In this document: piece by piece, positions 29,560 through 39,406 of the stretch | How the letters are laid out: each line of letters opens with the position of its first letter | Position numbering within the stretch: position 1 is the stretch's first letter | NCBI GenBank assembly: GCA_965230765.1 | Contig: CBDDLR010000001.1 | Span: 2,696,515-2,760,514, forward strand | DNA from: Sunxiuqinia sp. | GTDB lineage: Bacteria > Bacteroidota > Bacteroidia > Bacteroidales > Prolixibacteraceae | Length of the DNA stretch: 64,000 nt | Reading direction: 5' to 3' | The notes under the pieces: generated by a model | The model's input: the letters and a program-made list of their open reading frames with translations, nothing else | The model's database searches: none | Told to the model about the DNA's origin: nothing | Position numbers and translations under genes: made by a program

Positions 29560-29693
29560 GCTGAACGGTTTAGTGCATGTTACTGTGTCGGATTTGGGAG
29601 CGAGTTACTGTCCGCGAGGACATGAACTGCGATGCGAGAATCCGGCGAACGACGATGCACTGCACCCGCTCGGAAATATGTACTTTGTTACCT
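29560..29693 (-). repeat. attC-like site 1 (family C)
   Basis: + strand GCTGAAC(29566)...G(29687)TTACCTTC. Confidence 0.7.
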
Positions 29694-29701
29694 TCTGGTG
29701 T

Positions 29702-31048
29702 TTATTCATTAAGCAATCCAAGCACTTTATTTTCCAATTCTTTTCCACGTAGATTTTTTGCTACGATTATTCCATCAGGATTTACAAGAAAAGTAGTTGG
29801 GTATCCATGAACCCCAAATGTTTCCTTGATTTTATTGGAATCGGTCGAAAGTATTTGAGTCCAGTTAATAGAGTCTTTTTCTATCATCTCTTTAAGAGCT
29901 TTTGATGGGCTATCTCCAACTATTCCCACAATTTCAAATTTGTCTCTATCAGTTTTTTCATAGAGTTCTTTCAAGTTTGGGATTTCTTGTCGACATGGTC
30001 CACACCAAACCGCCCAAAAATCGAGCAAGATATATTTACCTTTCAATTGTTCAGATGATATTTGAGATTCTGTAATAAAATCGCTACCGTTAAAAGAAAA
30101 TGATTTAAATCCAATCTGTGTTGAATACAATTTACTCTTTGGTATTGTCATTTCTTCTAATTCCAAAGTATTGCTATTTAAATTTACACCGACATTCTTA
30201 TATAGCTTTCCATTGATTTCAATGAATTCATTTTTTGCTATTAACTGTTCATGACTGATTTTATCACCTTTGTTTAGGCTATCTGTCAACAAAACAATAT
30301 TTGGGTTTTTAAATGATAAATTGGTAAAACCATTAGAACAAACTGCAATTTTTTTTCCTTCAAAATCAGCTACTGAATGTTGTGGAAAATTACACATAAA
30401 CATATTGTATTGACTCATATGCACGATAAAGAGAGGGACTGTGAGTAACTGTTTTTTGTTGTCAATCAATCTCTCAAATGAAACTTTGATTGAATTACTT
30501 GATGCAATTGAATCTTTATTGATTTTTTCCCTTGGGGAATAATTAAATGGAATGAAACTTTTATCATCACTAAAATCAAGATTGTTATTTGCATCAACTA
30601 TCATGTTTGTTATTCTTGCTGAGTCTTTACCAAAAGCAAATGCTATCTTCGTTTTCAACGGTTCTTTTGATAGTTCAAGGGTATCAGGTTTCCAATCCCA
30701 AGATTTTTGTAATTCTTCATATCTCTCTTGTGTTATGTTTCCAACTAAATAGTTTTGATAAACTGATTGGTAAATATTTGTCTCAATGTCACCAAATTTA
30801 ATGTCAGTCCAATTCTCTGGAGCTCCTGTTACTGACAAATATGTTTTTTTCCATGGATTATTTTCGTCTTCGGAGTATGGAGAAATTCCACCAAGTGCAG
30901 AGTTAAAATAACCATATCCTTGCTGATGAGTTAATGGAAGTTTAATTGTTTTTTCCGTTGAGCAACTATTTAAGATTGTAATACAAATTGCTAATAAGGT
31001 CAATGTTTTTAAATTCATTTTATTGGGTTTAAATAATAATTTTCTCAT
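29702..31048 (-). CDS. TlpA-family disulfide reductase lipoprotein (cassette)
   Basis: LNSC lipobox (alternative start 31018); DFWAVWCGPCR, YPTTFLVNPDG. Confidence 0.85.
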   Translation of the reverse strand: MRKLLFKPNKMNLKTLTLLAICITILNSCSTEKTIKLPLTHQQGYGYFNSALGGISPYSEDENNPWKKTYLSVTGAPENWTDIKFGDIETNIYQSVYQNYLVGNITQERYEELQKSWDWKPDTLELSKEPLKTKIAFAFGKDSARITNMIVDANNNLDFSDDKSFIPFNYSPREKINKDSIASSNSIKVSFERLIDNKKQLLTVPLFIVHMSQYNMFMCNFPQHSVADFEGKKIAVCSNGFTNLSFKNPNIVLLTDSLNKGDKISHEQLIAKNEFIEINGKLYKNVGVNLNSNTLELEEMTIPKSKLYSTQIGFKSFSFNGSDFITESQISSEQLKGKYILLDFWAVWCGPCRQEIPNLKELYEKTDRDKFEIVGIVGDSPSKALKEMIEKDSINWTQILSTDSNKIKETFGVHGYPTTFLVNPDGIIVAKNLRGKELENKVLGLLNE

Positions 31049-31083
31049 TCTGTTTATTATTTGGCAGTGTCGTTTTTACACTT

Positions 31084-31212
31084 GAAGGGTTTGTACATGT
31101 TGTCGGGGCGGATTTTCAATAGAAATCCAGTCAGACCCGCAGGGGAGTAGCCGGAAGGTTTGACTTGTCAAACCGATAAATGCCCCGCCTGCCATATTGC
31201 AATTTGTTACAG
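31084..31212 (-). repeat. attC-like site 2 (family A) with deleted core
   Basis: GAAGG|GTTTGTAC, expected GAAGGTAACGGTTTGTAC; other end G(31206)TTACAGT. Confidence 0.7.
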
Positions 31213-31227
31213 TGCGTTTTTTCATTT

Positions 31228-32073
31228 TTAGTTAGCGTATACTACATTTATCCCATGCCTTTTACTCAAGCTTGCTTGGTCTCCATTACTGCTAAACAAA
31301 TAAATATTCAAATCATATTTATTGAAATGTTCTTTTGATAATTCAAAAATTGTACGAAAGCTGATGTCCATGGAATAGAGAAAAGATAAACTATGCTTGT
31401 CTGGCTCCCAGTGCCTGTCAATTGTTTTCCCTGTTTCATCCACATTTAAATTGAATGGGGGATTTGAGACGATAGTATCCTTTAGTCCAATTGCTTTTAA
31501 TTTTTCGAAAAACTCATTAGCAAACTCCGTTTTTTCTTCTCCATTAAAAATTACACTACCGTATAATAAATCTGTTGGTGTAGGAAATACGTCTTTAATT
31601 GAACATGAAAAATATTGGTTTTCTGGAATCTCCAATGAAACTTTATTTTCACTAATCAAGAAATTTGATTGAATCGAAAAATCAAAAGTTCTAACCGTAA
31701 AAGTATAATCTCCCGATTTAAGAGAATTCTCAGGTATAAAAAAATCTCCGTCTGAAATGCATAGATTATCTGTTTTATTTGGACTTGGAAATACAGGACA
31801 TTTTCCTTCGTCAATTTTGTCAATTAAATAAATATCGATACTTCTCTGTTTATTATCAATTTTGTATTCAAAGATTAATTCATAGAAATTCTCAAAACGT
31901 TGGGCTTCATAAAACTCAAATACAAATCCTCTTCCTTCTTCTCCAAAGATTTTATGATTCCACCACAAATTTAGTCCTTCAGAGCTTAAAAGTGAGTTTC
32001 TATCAAATTCATCTTTCTGACAACCAAATATCAAAACTCCAATTAGGATTAAGCAAATCAATTTTTCGTTCAT
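31228..32073 (-). CDS. Hypothetical lipoprotein (cassette)
   Basis: MNEKLICLILIGVLIFGC lipobox; probable start 32073. Confidence 0.65.
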   Translation of the reverse strand: MNEKLICLILIGVLIFGCQKDEFDRNSLLSSEGLNLWWNHKIFGEEGRGFVFEFYEAQRFENFYELIFEYKIDNKQRSIDIYLIDKIDEGKCPVFPSPNKTDNLCISDGDFFIPENSLKSGDYTFTVRTFDFSIQSNFLISENKVSLEIPENQYFSCSIKDVFPTPTDLLYGSVIFNGEEKTEFANEFFEKLKAIGLKDTIVSNPPFNLNVDETGKTIDRHWEPDKHSLSFLYSMDISFRTIFELSKEHFNKYDLNIYLFSSNGDQASLSKRHGINVVYAN

Positions 32074-32202
32074 AGTTTTTATTTTTTTGATAGATGCTTC
32101 ATTGCTTTTTTGGTTGCTTATTCCCTCAGCATTGAAGCACATTTCTTTTGGATGATAGGGAACGTAAGTTTCCCAGACAAAAGTCAGCTTTAGCTGAATT
32201 TG

Positions 32203-32335
32203 CCATAACGGTCACTTGTAAGTTGTCGGGGCGGATTTCGAAGAGCGTTCCAGTCCGCCAGGACGGAACGATGATGCGAGAGCAGCAGTTGCAGTGCCGC
32301 ACCAGCCCCGCTCTGAAATATGTACTTTGTTATAG
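32203..32335 (-). repeat. attC-like site 3 (family C)
   Basis: CCATAAC(32209)...G(32329)TTATAGCC. Confidence 0.8.
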
Positions 32336-32347
32336 CCAGTAATTTTA

Positions 32348-33070
32348 TCAATTTGGTTTACATCCTATGTTGTTTACTTTCTTAAGTTGATGCAATTTAT
32401 CTAAATTCAATCCTGTCTTTACCAAAGAAAAATTATCCAGATTAAATTCATAGATATTATCAGATTCTTTGTTCTCAACCCATTCTGCAGCGTAGTATTT
32501 CCCTGCATTCTCATACCATTTTGAAAGATAAACTGGTAGCTCTTTTGAATAAATAATTTTACTTGTTTCGAAATCGAAAATTGTTATTCCTGACAAATCA
32601 GAATACCAGTCTGAGATTATAAACCTGTTGTTGTCCGAGATGAAATAATCGCCTCCTGATTCCTTTATTATTTTTCCTTTATTGTCAATTATTATTAATT
32701 GTCCTGAATAGTCACCATATTTTGAACCTATTAAAAAATTGTCATTTGGTTGTCTTTTGTTAAAGCAGATTCCATATGAACTCCCAACAGGTTCAATATT
32801 TTCAAAATACAATTCATCAATTATTTTATTTTTTCTTGTCGTTTGGATTATTGATTTGCAGTTAAAATCATCACCATTAAATTCTTTCCTAAAAACTTGA
32901 GCGATGGTAATTGTCACTGAACCTAAAGCGAAAGTGTGAAATTCTATATTGTATTCTTTGTCAGAATATTGTTTCCCTTTTATTGAAACTCCATTTTTAA
33001 GTTTATCAAGACTTTGTCCGTTTAGTAAAAGTCCGACAAATAGAAAGCTAATTAATAGTGATAGTCTCAT
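32348..33070 (-). CDS. Hypothetical secreted protein (cassette)
   Basis: 240 aa ORF with signal peptide filling the cassette. Confidence 0.65.
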   Translation of the reverse strand: MRLSLLISFLFVGLLLNGQSLDKLKNGVSIKGKQYSDKEYNIEFHTFALGSVTITIAQVFRKEFNGDDFNCKSIIQTTRKNKIIDELYFENIEPVGSSYGICFNKRQPNDNFLIGSKYGDYSGQLIIIDNKGKIIKESGGDYFISDNNRFIISDWYSDLSGITIFDFETSKIIYSKELPVYLSKWYENAGKYYAAEWVENKESDNIYEFNLDNFSLVKTGLNLDKLHQLKKVNNIGCKPN

Positions 33071-33092
33071 CTTTTGCTTGTTTTTTTATTGG

Positions 33093-33224
33093 CTATAACG
33101 GTAAATTGTATGAGTAGTGGCAGATTGCGTGACACTTTCCTGTCAAACCGCTACGTAGTTTGAGCGGGCTACAAACCATGATATTTAGCACCTTACCTGC
33201 CATTACTTATACAAAATGTTGCCA
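33093..33224 (-). repeat. attC-like site 4 (family B)
   Basis: GGCTATAAC(33099)...G(33218)TTGCCAAC. Confidence 0.8.
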
Positions 33225-34126
33225 ACAGTTAATTCATTTATTCCACCGCTAATTTTTACAACTCGTTCAATCGGAATTTCATTATTTTCAAGAATAATTG
33301 TTCCTTTTATAGCATAAATCCCTTGATCTAAATTGGTGATCACCTTACTTTCCTGCATTTGTTTAAGTTCAAAGGAGTTGTTGTTAATAGTAAATTTTCC
33401 TGCCTTTATGTTTTTATAGTTGAAAGTTATTTGAAGAATTCCTTTTTCGGAAGAAACTTTATTTTCAGCCTCCTCCTCTTTTTTTGCCTTTTCTTCTTCT
33501 TTCTTTTTAGTTTCCAACTTGATGCGTTCCTGAGCAAGATTTTGTCTTGCACTTGTCAATTCTGAATCAACTTTGTTTGTTAATGCAGTGATCTGATTGC
33601 GAAGATTAGTACTCCAATTACTCGTTTCATCAATTATTATAGTTCTTAAAGATTTATCTAAATTGAGAATAGTATCAATTTGCAGTTTCATTAAATCTTC
33701 ATTTGTTCCATCTAATTGATTAATTGAAATAAATTGCGCTTGATATTCAGATATGACTTTTTCAATTTCAAATTGCGCTTGAATATACCTCATCCACCCT
33801 TCGGATAGTCCAAATTGACGATCAATTAGCAATAGTAGACTTGCAAGTACTAATGACCCAACATTCATTGTCAAGATCCTATACTCCTCTTTGTCTGGTG
33901 TGAAATTAATTGTAAGGGCTAAAATCAATGCTAATGCAAAGAGTGCTACAGACCCTATCCTCAAAGTGATTGACCAAATTCTTTTCCATATAACATGATC
34001 AAAGTAAAACTTATGCATTTCATCTGCATAAGCTAAAACACGGTTCAAATAATCGGCTGTGAGTTCATTTGAGATTTCTCCCCACTTCCGATCTACAGCA
34101 ATGCTCTTCCATTCTTTTTTTTTCAT
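33203..34126 (-). CDS. SLATT-domain 2TM effector (SLATT_2-like) with coiled coil and C-terminal beta domain
   Basis: KRIWSITLR-TM-TM-DRQFGLSEGWMRY; ORF reads through the attC box (...VGNILYK*). Confidence 0.7.
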   Translation of the reverse strand: MKKKEWKSIAVDRKWGEISNELTADYLNRVLAYADEMHKFYFDHVIWKRIWSITLRIGSVALFALALILALTINFTPDKEEYRILTMNVGSLVLASLLLLIDRQFGLSEGWMRYIQAQFEIEKVISEYQAQFISINQLDGTNEDLMKLQIDTILNLDKSLRTIIIDETSNWSTNLRNQITALTNKVDSELTSARQNLAQERIKLETKKKEEEKAKKEEEAENKVSSEKGILQITFNYKNIKAGKFTINNNSFELKQMQESKVITNLDQGIYAIKGTIILENNEIPIERVVKISGGINELTVGNILYK

Positions 34127-34150
34127 ATCTATTCGAATTGTTGCAAACAG

Positions 34151-35194
34151 TTATTTCAAAAGAATTGGAATACCTACATAGAAATTTATCGAAAAAATAT
34201 CATCAATGTCTTTTTTTCCTGTTGAGTCATTAAAATCAATGAAGGCGAACTGGAGAGAAGAAATAATATTTGATGAAGACCATTTAGGATGAATGGATGG
34301 TCCTATTGAGAAGTTCCAAGACATCACATCTTCATTGAAATTATATTTTGTTGATAACGATCCAAGAAGTCCAATTCTTGGTCCAATTTCATTCCCATTA
34401 CTATCTTTCTGTAAAAATGGTGTCCATGCGAAATCTAATTTAGGAAGTATAGAAAAATAATCATCCTGAAATTTTGGATATGCTTTCTCAGTTTTTTGAA
34501 TCATACCATTGCTTACTGTTGAATCAATGATAACGAAATCCTTTGTTTTCATATCCGATATAGGGTTAATACTATACTGAATTGCCATTGACAAAGCAAT
34601 TATTAAGTTATCAGAATTATTATTAGTTGAAAGAACCCAGTTAAAACCAGGAGTAATATTAAAGATATGAGATACTTTTTTCTCAATTGTAATTGAGTCA
34701 GTTGTACTTATGCTTCCGAATTTATTTTGTTGCAACCCATAACCAAGTCTAAGAAAGCTATATCTACTTTCTGTCTGAAACTCATCACGGTTATTAATCA
34801 TCTCATAAGATAGTCCTAATCCCGGATTATATTTGCCTCCGCTATAAATCGCATTGGCACCATCAGTTACAGGAACTATAAATTTAAAATTTCTCCCCTT
34901 AAAAGGATTTACATACAATGTATCCGTAATCTTAGTTTTATCTATTTTTGATTCATCAAAGTCTTTCGTAATTTCAATTTTACTGCCATCCTTCATTACA
35001 AGATAACTAATCATTTTACTATGCGTTTTACCATAAGTAAAACGAGCTTCCGACTTGGAAAAATCATATCCGATGTTCATTCCATTTTCTTGTGAAAAAA
35101 CAATTCCATTCTCTGTTTTCGCACTCTTCATGTTAACCTGAGCATAAGATAAATTCACACAAAATATGGCTATAATTGGTAATATCCTTTTCAT
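34151..35194 (-). CDS. Hypothetical secreted / outer-membrane protein
   Basis: Signal peptide, beta-strand-rich, ends FYVGIPILLK. Confidence 0.55.
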   Translation of the reverse strand: MKRILPIIAIFCVNLSYAQVNMKSAKTENGIVFSQENGMNIGYDFSKSEARFTYGKTHSKMISYLVMKDGSKIEITKDFDESKIDKTKITDTLYVNPFKGRNFKFIVPVTDGANAIYSGGKYNPGLGLSYEMINNRDEFQTESRYSFLRLGYGLQQNKFGSISTTDSITIEKKVSHIFNITPGFNWVLSTNNNSDNLIIALSMAIQYSINPISDMKTKDFVIIDSTVSNGMIQKTEKAYPKFQDDYFSILPKLDFAWTPFLQKDSNGNEIGPRIGLLGSLSTKYNFNEDVMSWNFSIGPSIHPKWSSSNIISSLQFAFIDFNDSTGKKDIDDIFSINFYVGIPILLK

Positions 35195-35197
35195 GGC

Positions 35198-35497
35198 TTA
35201 TAAGTTAAATGATGAAATTTTGAATGAACGTGTTATTCTATTTATTCCGCTCTTTTTTAGCTTACCTTTAATTTCTTTTTTAACGGAATTAAGAGTCATA
35301 GACAATTCATATTCTTGTCCTAATTGTCCTCTAATTACAATGGTTACATCTACAGAGTTATCCATATAAGTTACATTTTCCTCTGCTTTCCATTTATCAC
35401 CATGTGAGTAAATATTAAAAGATGTTGTCTCTACCATTAAACCTAGAGGTCCAGGTCTTTTTGAAATTTCAAACTTCGTTACATTTGTTGTTGGCAT
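35198..35497 (-). CDS. Hypothetical protein (99 aa)
   Basis: First gene of the three-gene cassette, 3 nt from the next ORF. Confidence 0.55.
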   Translation of the reverse strand: MPTTNVTKFEISKRPGPLGLMVETTSFNIYSHGDKWKAEENVTYMDNSVDVTIVIRGQLGQEYELSMTLNSVKKEIKGKLKKSGINRITRSFKISSFNL

Positions 35498-35552
35498 ATT
35501 TTTATGGTTTTAGTTTCGTTTAGATTTAATTATAACCTATCTGTCTAATTGT

Positions 35553-35684
35553 TGGCAACGGTCACTTGTATGTGGTCGGGCGGGCTTTCGTGCAGAAATC
35601 CAGTCAGACCCGCAGGAAAGTGGGCGAAAGGTCTGACTTGTCAAACCGATAAAAGCCCCGCCTGCCATATACAATTTGTTGTAC
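35553..35684 (-). repeat. attC-like site 5 (family A)
   Basis: GTTGGCAAC(35559)...G(35678)TTGTACAC. Confidence 0.82.
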
Positions 35685-35691
35685 ACCGTAT

Positions 35692-36252
35692 TTATTTTAG
35701 TTTTTTTCTCATCACATAATAATTATCATACTCCTTGTGCATTAGAAATTCGTTTCTTTTATATAATTCCATAGGACCTTTGAAATTATTTTCACCCGAT
35801 TTTCCTTTTCTCGGATATGCTTCAAGATAATCATAGTCTGTATTCGAATAATCCTCAATGACTTTTTCAAGAAGCTTTTGAGAAATCCCCTTTCTTCTGT
35901 AATCAGGGTGGATTAAAAAACAAACAACTGAGCAAACTTTATCATTTGGATTATCGATCAAATCAAAATCTCTTAATAATCGTTGATAATTTAATCTATT
36001 GTTTGCATTACACCATCCAATCGGTTTACCATTCTCAAAAACCAAATAACCTTGTAGCTCGTTCTCATCTATGCGATTAATTATCAATGAGCGACTCATA
36101 TCACGTGTACAAGTTTCGACATCTCCGAGGAAATGATAGTCATTACAATAACATTTTGACCATTCAGGGTTTTCTTTATGAATCATATTATCAAAAAGAG
36201 ACAAGTAATCGTCTTTTAAATCTTTGGTCAATGGTCTAATTTCAACATTCAT
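35692..36252 (-). CDS. GNAT N-acetyltransferase (cassette)
   Basis: CYC, IGWC, VVCFLIHPDYRRKGIS, EAYP, YKRNEF. Confidence 0.85.
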   Translation of the reverse strand: MNVEIRPLTKDLKDDYLSLFDNMIHKENPEWSKCYCNDYHFLGDVETCTRDMSRSLIINRIDENELQGYLVFENGKPIGWCNANNRLNYQRLLRDFDLIDNPNDKVCSVVCFLIHPDYRRKGISQKLLEKVIEDYSNTDYDYLEAYPRKGKSGENNFKGPMELYKRNEFLMHKEYDNYYVMRKKLK

Positions 36253-36271
36253 TTTTTTCGTCTTTTTTATG

Positions 36272-36403
36272 TGGTAACGGTAAATTGTATGTGGCGTAGC
36301 GGATTACGTGATTCTTTTCTGTCAAGATAGCATTGAAGTACGGGCGAGTGACAAACCTTAAAATACCCGCAAAACCCGCTATGACATATACAAAATGTTA
36401 CCT
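36272..36403 (-). repeat. attC-like site 6 (family B)
   Basis: GTGGTAAC(36278)...G(36397)TTACCTGC. Confidence 0.8.
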
Positions 36404-36488
36404 GCTGGGTTTAGTCTTTCCATTCATAGGACTTCATAATTTTCAATTTTAGCACTATCCCGATTTTGTTTTTCGGGTCGGCAAAAAA

Positions 36489-36560
36489 GCGATGGAAGAC
36501 AGGCAAGCTCTTTTGCAATTTTTGGTTTGTGCGTCTGCTTGTGCGAATTGCAAATGTGCT
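36489..36560. repeat. Defence-associated 9-25-9 repeat, copy b
   Basis: Arms TTTGCAATT (36512-20) and AATTGCAAA (36546-54), 25 nt spacer. Confidence 0.75.
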
Positions 36561-36616
36561 TGGCTGTGTGGGCTGGCTTAATTTATTAATGTGCAATATG
36601 TGCAATTATTGTGCAA

Positions 36617-37942
36617 TCAACTATTTTTAATAACGTAATAAGCTCCAGCTCCCTTTTGTCCACTACTTTCCAATAATTCTTTATTCACTAACTCAGTAAG
36701 GTCATTACTTGCAGTGTTTCTTGAGCAATCATTTATACTCTGATATTCACTATTCGTAATCTTACCTTTTTCTTTGACGTATTTCAAAGCTTCAATTTGC
36801 CTCGGGTTTAATCCAAGAGATTCAAAATACTCAACGTTGAAATTATCTTTCCTAAACTCCACCCAAAAACCCGACATGTCGTAATAATATTTGGGCTGGG
36901 GAATGCCAAACTGAATACATTCGTTAATAATTTTAATCGTTCCTCTTCCCCAGGATTCGATATACCCACTTCTAAAAAGAGCATTTGCAATGTCCGGATT
37001 GTAGGGTTTTGATGGATGTTTAGTCAACAATTTCTCAATTGTCCAGTTTTCAGGTAACTGTCCCTCATTCCAGAAAATCAACTTGTCGTTATAAACGCTG
37101 ATTTGGATTGGTACACCACCAGAATAATCTTTATGGCAAACAGCATTTAATAGTGCTTCACGAACAGCATTTTTTGGATATTCAAACTTTTCAATCCTGT
37201 TTAAGCCTTCATAGCTAATTGATGATTTGATGTATTTGGAGAAAAGTAAATCCATAGTTTTCTCAACCTGTTCAAAAATATTTCCCGTAATTTCATCCTG
37301 AAATTTCAATTCATCATCGGTCTCGAAATATCCAATTTTAATAAATGCACCAGTAATGTATTTTGTTGGTTTGGGATGAAACAATAGAATTGCAGCTCGT
37401 TTCAGGTAATCATTTTCAATCAACTGCAAATTGTCCGCCAAATCTTCGTCCGTATCTGTTAAAACATCATCTTCAATTCGCTGCGCTTTAACCGCTTTTT
37501 TTCTGAAAAAATCAAAAGTTTCATTCTTTAAATCGGCAATTGAAATATTTGGAACAGGAACACCATCCCACTTTTTTCCTTTGCGCTCCAACATAAATTT
37601 ATCGAGAGATGCTCCTTTTAATTCTTGTTTTGTGCTACCACTCCGATAATGATATTGTCCTTTGTAGTTTACTGGGTTTGGATAAGGTTCTACAATTATT
37701 TCAATAAACTGCTTTTCATTTTCGCCCAATAAATTTATGTCGCAAACAACACCTAAGTTGGTAACAATTTTATTGGGTAGGTTATCCATCAATCTTTTAG
37801 CATTGTCAATGCCAACAACTTCACCTTTGTCGTTTTTGCCGATGTAGATTTTGCCTCCTTGTGCATTTGCAAAACCGCAAATCCATTTAAGGTATTCATC
37901 GCGCCAGCTTTCTTTCCACTCTATGTTTTGACTTTCTGCCAT
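36617..37942 (-). CDS. Schlafen/AlbA_2 + HATPase_c_4 + winged-HTH protein
   Basis: ESQNIEWK, CGFANAQGGKIYIG, VREALLNAVCHKDY, NPDIANALFRSGYIESWGRG, C-terminal HTH. Confidence 0.85.
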   Translation of the reverse strand: MAESQNIEWKESWRDEYLKWICGFANAQGGKIYIGKNDKGEVVGIDNAKRLMDNLPNKIVTNLGVVCDINLLGENEKQFIEIIVEPYPNPVNYKGQYHYRSGSTKQELKGASLDKFMLERKGKKWDGVPVPNISIADLKNETFDFFRKKAVKAQRIEDDVLTDTDEDLADNLQLIENDYLKRAAILLFHPKPTKYITGAFIKIGYFETDDELKFQDEITGNIFEQVEKTMDLLFSKYIKSSISYEGLNRIEKFEYPKNAVREALLNAVCHKDYSGGVPIQISVYNDKLIFWNEGQLPENWTIEKLLTKHPSKPYNPDIANALFRSGYIESWGRGTIKIINECIQFGIPQPKYYYDMSGFWVEFRKDNFNVEYFESLGLNPRQIEALKYVKEKGKITNSEYQSINDCSRNTASNDLTELVNKELLESSGQKGAGAYYVIKNS

Positions 37943-37945
37943 TAA

Positions 37946-39406
37946 TTAACAAACATTAAAAATTTTGGCTCTTTCGTATTCCTTAATATTTGAAATCGCC
38001 TGCCTGTTTTGAATTTTCTCCATTGAGCGAGCTACTTTAGTACTTTCCTTATCGCTAAAACCAAGGAATTTGTTTATTACTTTCAATTCATTCTTGCTTT
38101 TAATATTCATCAAGAAAGCAGTTTCACACATGCTTGAAAAATCGAATGAAGGTTGATTAAACTCTTCAATACCTTGAGATAATAATACTACAGATACTCC
38201 TTTTGAACGGATTTCGCGCAAAATCTTTTCAAGTATTTCTTTTGATTTTTTGTCTTTGAAAACGTTATGAGCTTCATCTATTATTAAAACATACCTCATT
38301 CCTTTCATATCATTTTCAACAACAGAATTTTCCATATTCATGAAAGTGTTGTAAATGTAATTTATAATTAGGAATGCGGCTGTAAACCGAACATTTCGAC
38401 TCAAATCGCCGGATAAACTTAAATAATAGTTTTGATTTAAAAATGAACCATCAGAGTTCGTGTCGAACAAATTAATTTCGCTTAAACCAATTAATATTTC
38501 GGTTAGAGTGCTGGGCTTGTCTCCAGCAATCTCATAAACGTTATTGAGAATTTCTTTTAAAGTTGGGTATTTTCCACTATGATGATTGTCAAAAGCTTGT
38601 TTTGTTGCTTCTTTTAAATGTTGAACCTGAACCTTTCCCAACCCCGCATAATCCGTAATAATATCGACAAATTTATTTATGCCCAATATCTTATTGTTAG
38701 CATTGATATTATCTATAAACGACAGTGGATTAACAGGGAATGGCTTATGCGGCGTATCAATCAAATTTGCTTGTGTATTTCTAAAGAAATTTTTGAATTC
38801 ATTGCTTTCTTTTTCCGATTCGCTAATTCCTTTAAAATCGAGGAAAATGAAGTTTGTTCGGAAATTACTTGCTTCAACGATTCGTTCTAAAAGTCTTTGG
38901 GCAAAATAGGTTTTACCAGAACCGGATTGTCCAGCAACTGCTATGTGAGCATTGCTATACAAGATTGTGTCATTTGGCGTGAAGTAAATATCTTTTCCTT
39001 CATCGTCCTTGCCAACCAGTAATTTCCAAGGATTACAAGACAATGTTTTTTCGATATTTTGACTGTAATTATCAACATGTTCTAATCCGACAATGGCGTT
39101 TTCAAGCTCGGAAATACCACTATCAATACTGTCAATTAGAAAGTCGAATCCTGAATAATTTGCATTGTCCTCAAACAGTTTATTAATGTGTTCCAAGCCG
39201 TGGTCAACATGCATTTTTACGAACTTTCCAATATCTGTATTTGATTTGTGAAAACTATAATGCTGGCAAATTAATGCAATGTAGTAATCTTTGTATTTCC
39301 CAAAAAAAGTATCATCCTTGTAAGATTTCCCTTTTGAATCTTTCAGGTTTTGAGTGATGGAAAAGCTGCTCAAATGAGTATTTATATGTTGGCTGCGCAG
39401 ATTCAT
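37946..39406 (-). CDS. DndE-like domain fused to HerA/FtsK-type ATPase (N-terminus possibly truncated)
   Basis: DSKGKSYKDD...YIALICQHY...MHVDHGLE (DndE-like, from memory); AGQSGSGKT, FLDFKG, IIDEAH. Confidence 0.65.
   Translation of the reverse strand: MNLRSQHINTHLSSFSITQNLKDSKGKSYKDDTFFGKYKDYYIALICQHYSFHKSNTDIGKFVKMHVDHGLEHINKLFEDNANYSGFDFLIDSIDSGISELENAIVGLEHVDNYSQNIEKTLSCNPWKLLVGKDDEGKDIYFTPNDTILYSNAHIAVAGQSGSGKTYFAQRLLERIVEASNFRTNFIFLDFKGISESEKESNEFKNFFRNTQANLIDTPHKPFPVNPLSFIDNINANNKILGINKFVDIITDYAGLGKVQVQHLKEATKQAFDNHHSGKYPTLKEILNNVYEIAGDKPSTLTEILIGLSEINLFDTNSDGSFLNQNYYLSLSGDLSRNVRFTAAFLIINYIYNTFMNMENSVVENDMKGMRYVLIIDEAHNVFKDKKSKEILEKILREIRSKGVSVVLLSQGIEEFNQPSFDFSSMCETAFLMNIKSKNELKVINKFLGFSDKESTKVARSMEKIQNRQAISNIKEYERAKIFNVC

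Noticed and set aside
36591-36617. Triple GTGCAAT tandem just past the AlbA_2 gene stop
   Set aside because: Too short to assign a function from sequence alone.
36617-37942. Second RecG helicase
   Set aside because: This architecture is often mislabelled RecG-like, but it has no SF2 helicase motifs; it is AlbA_2-HATPase-HTH.
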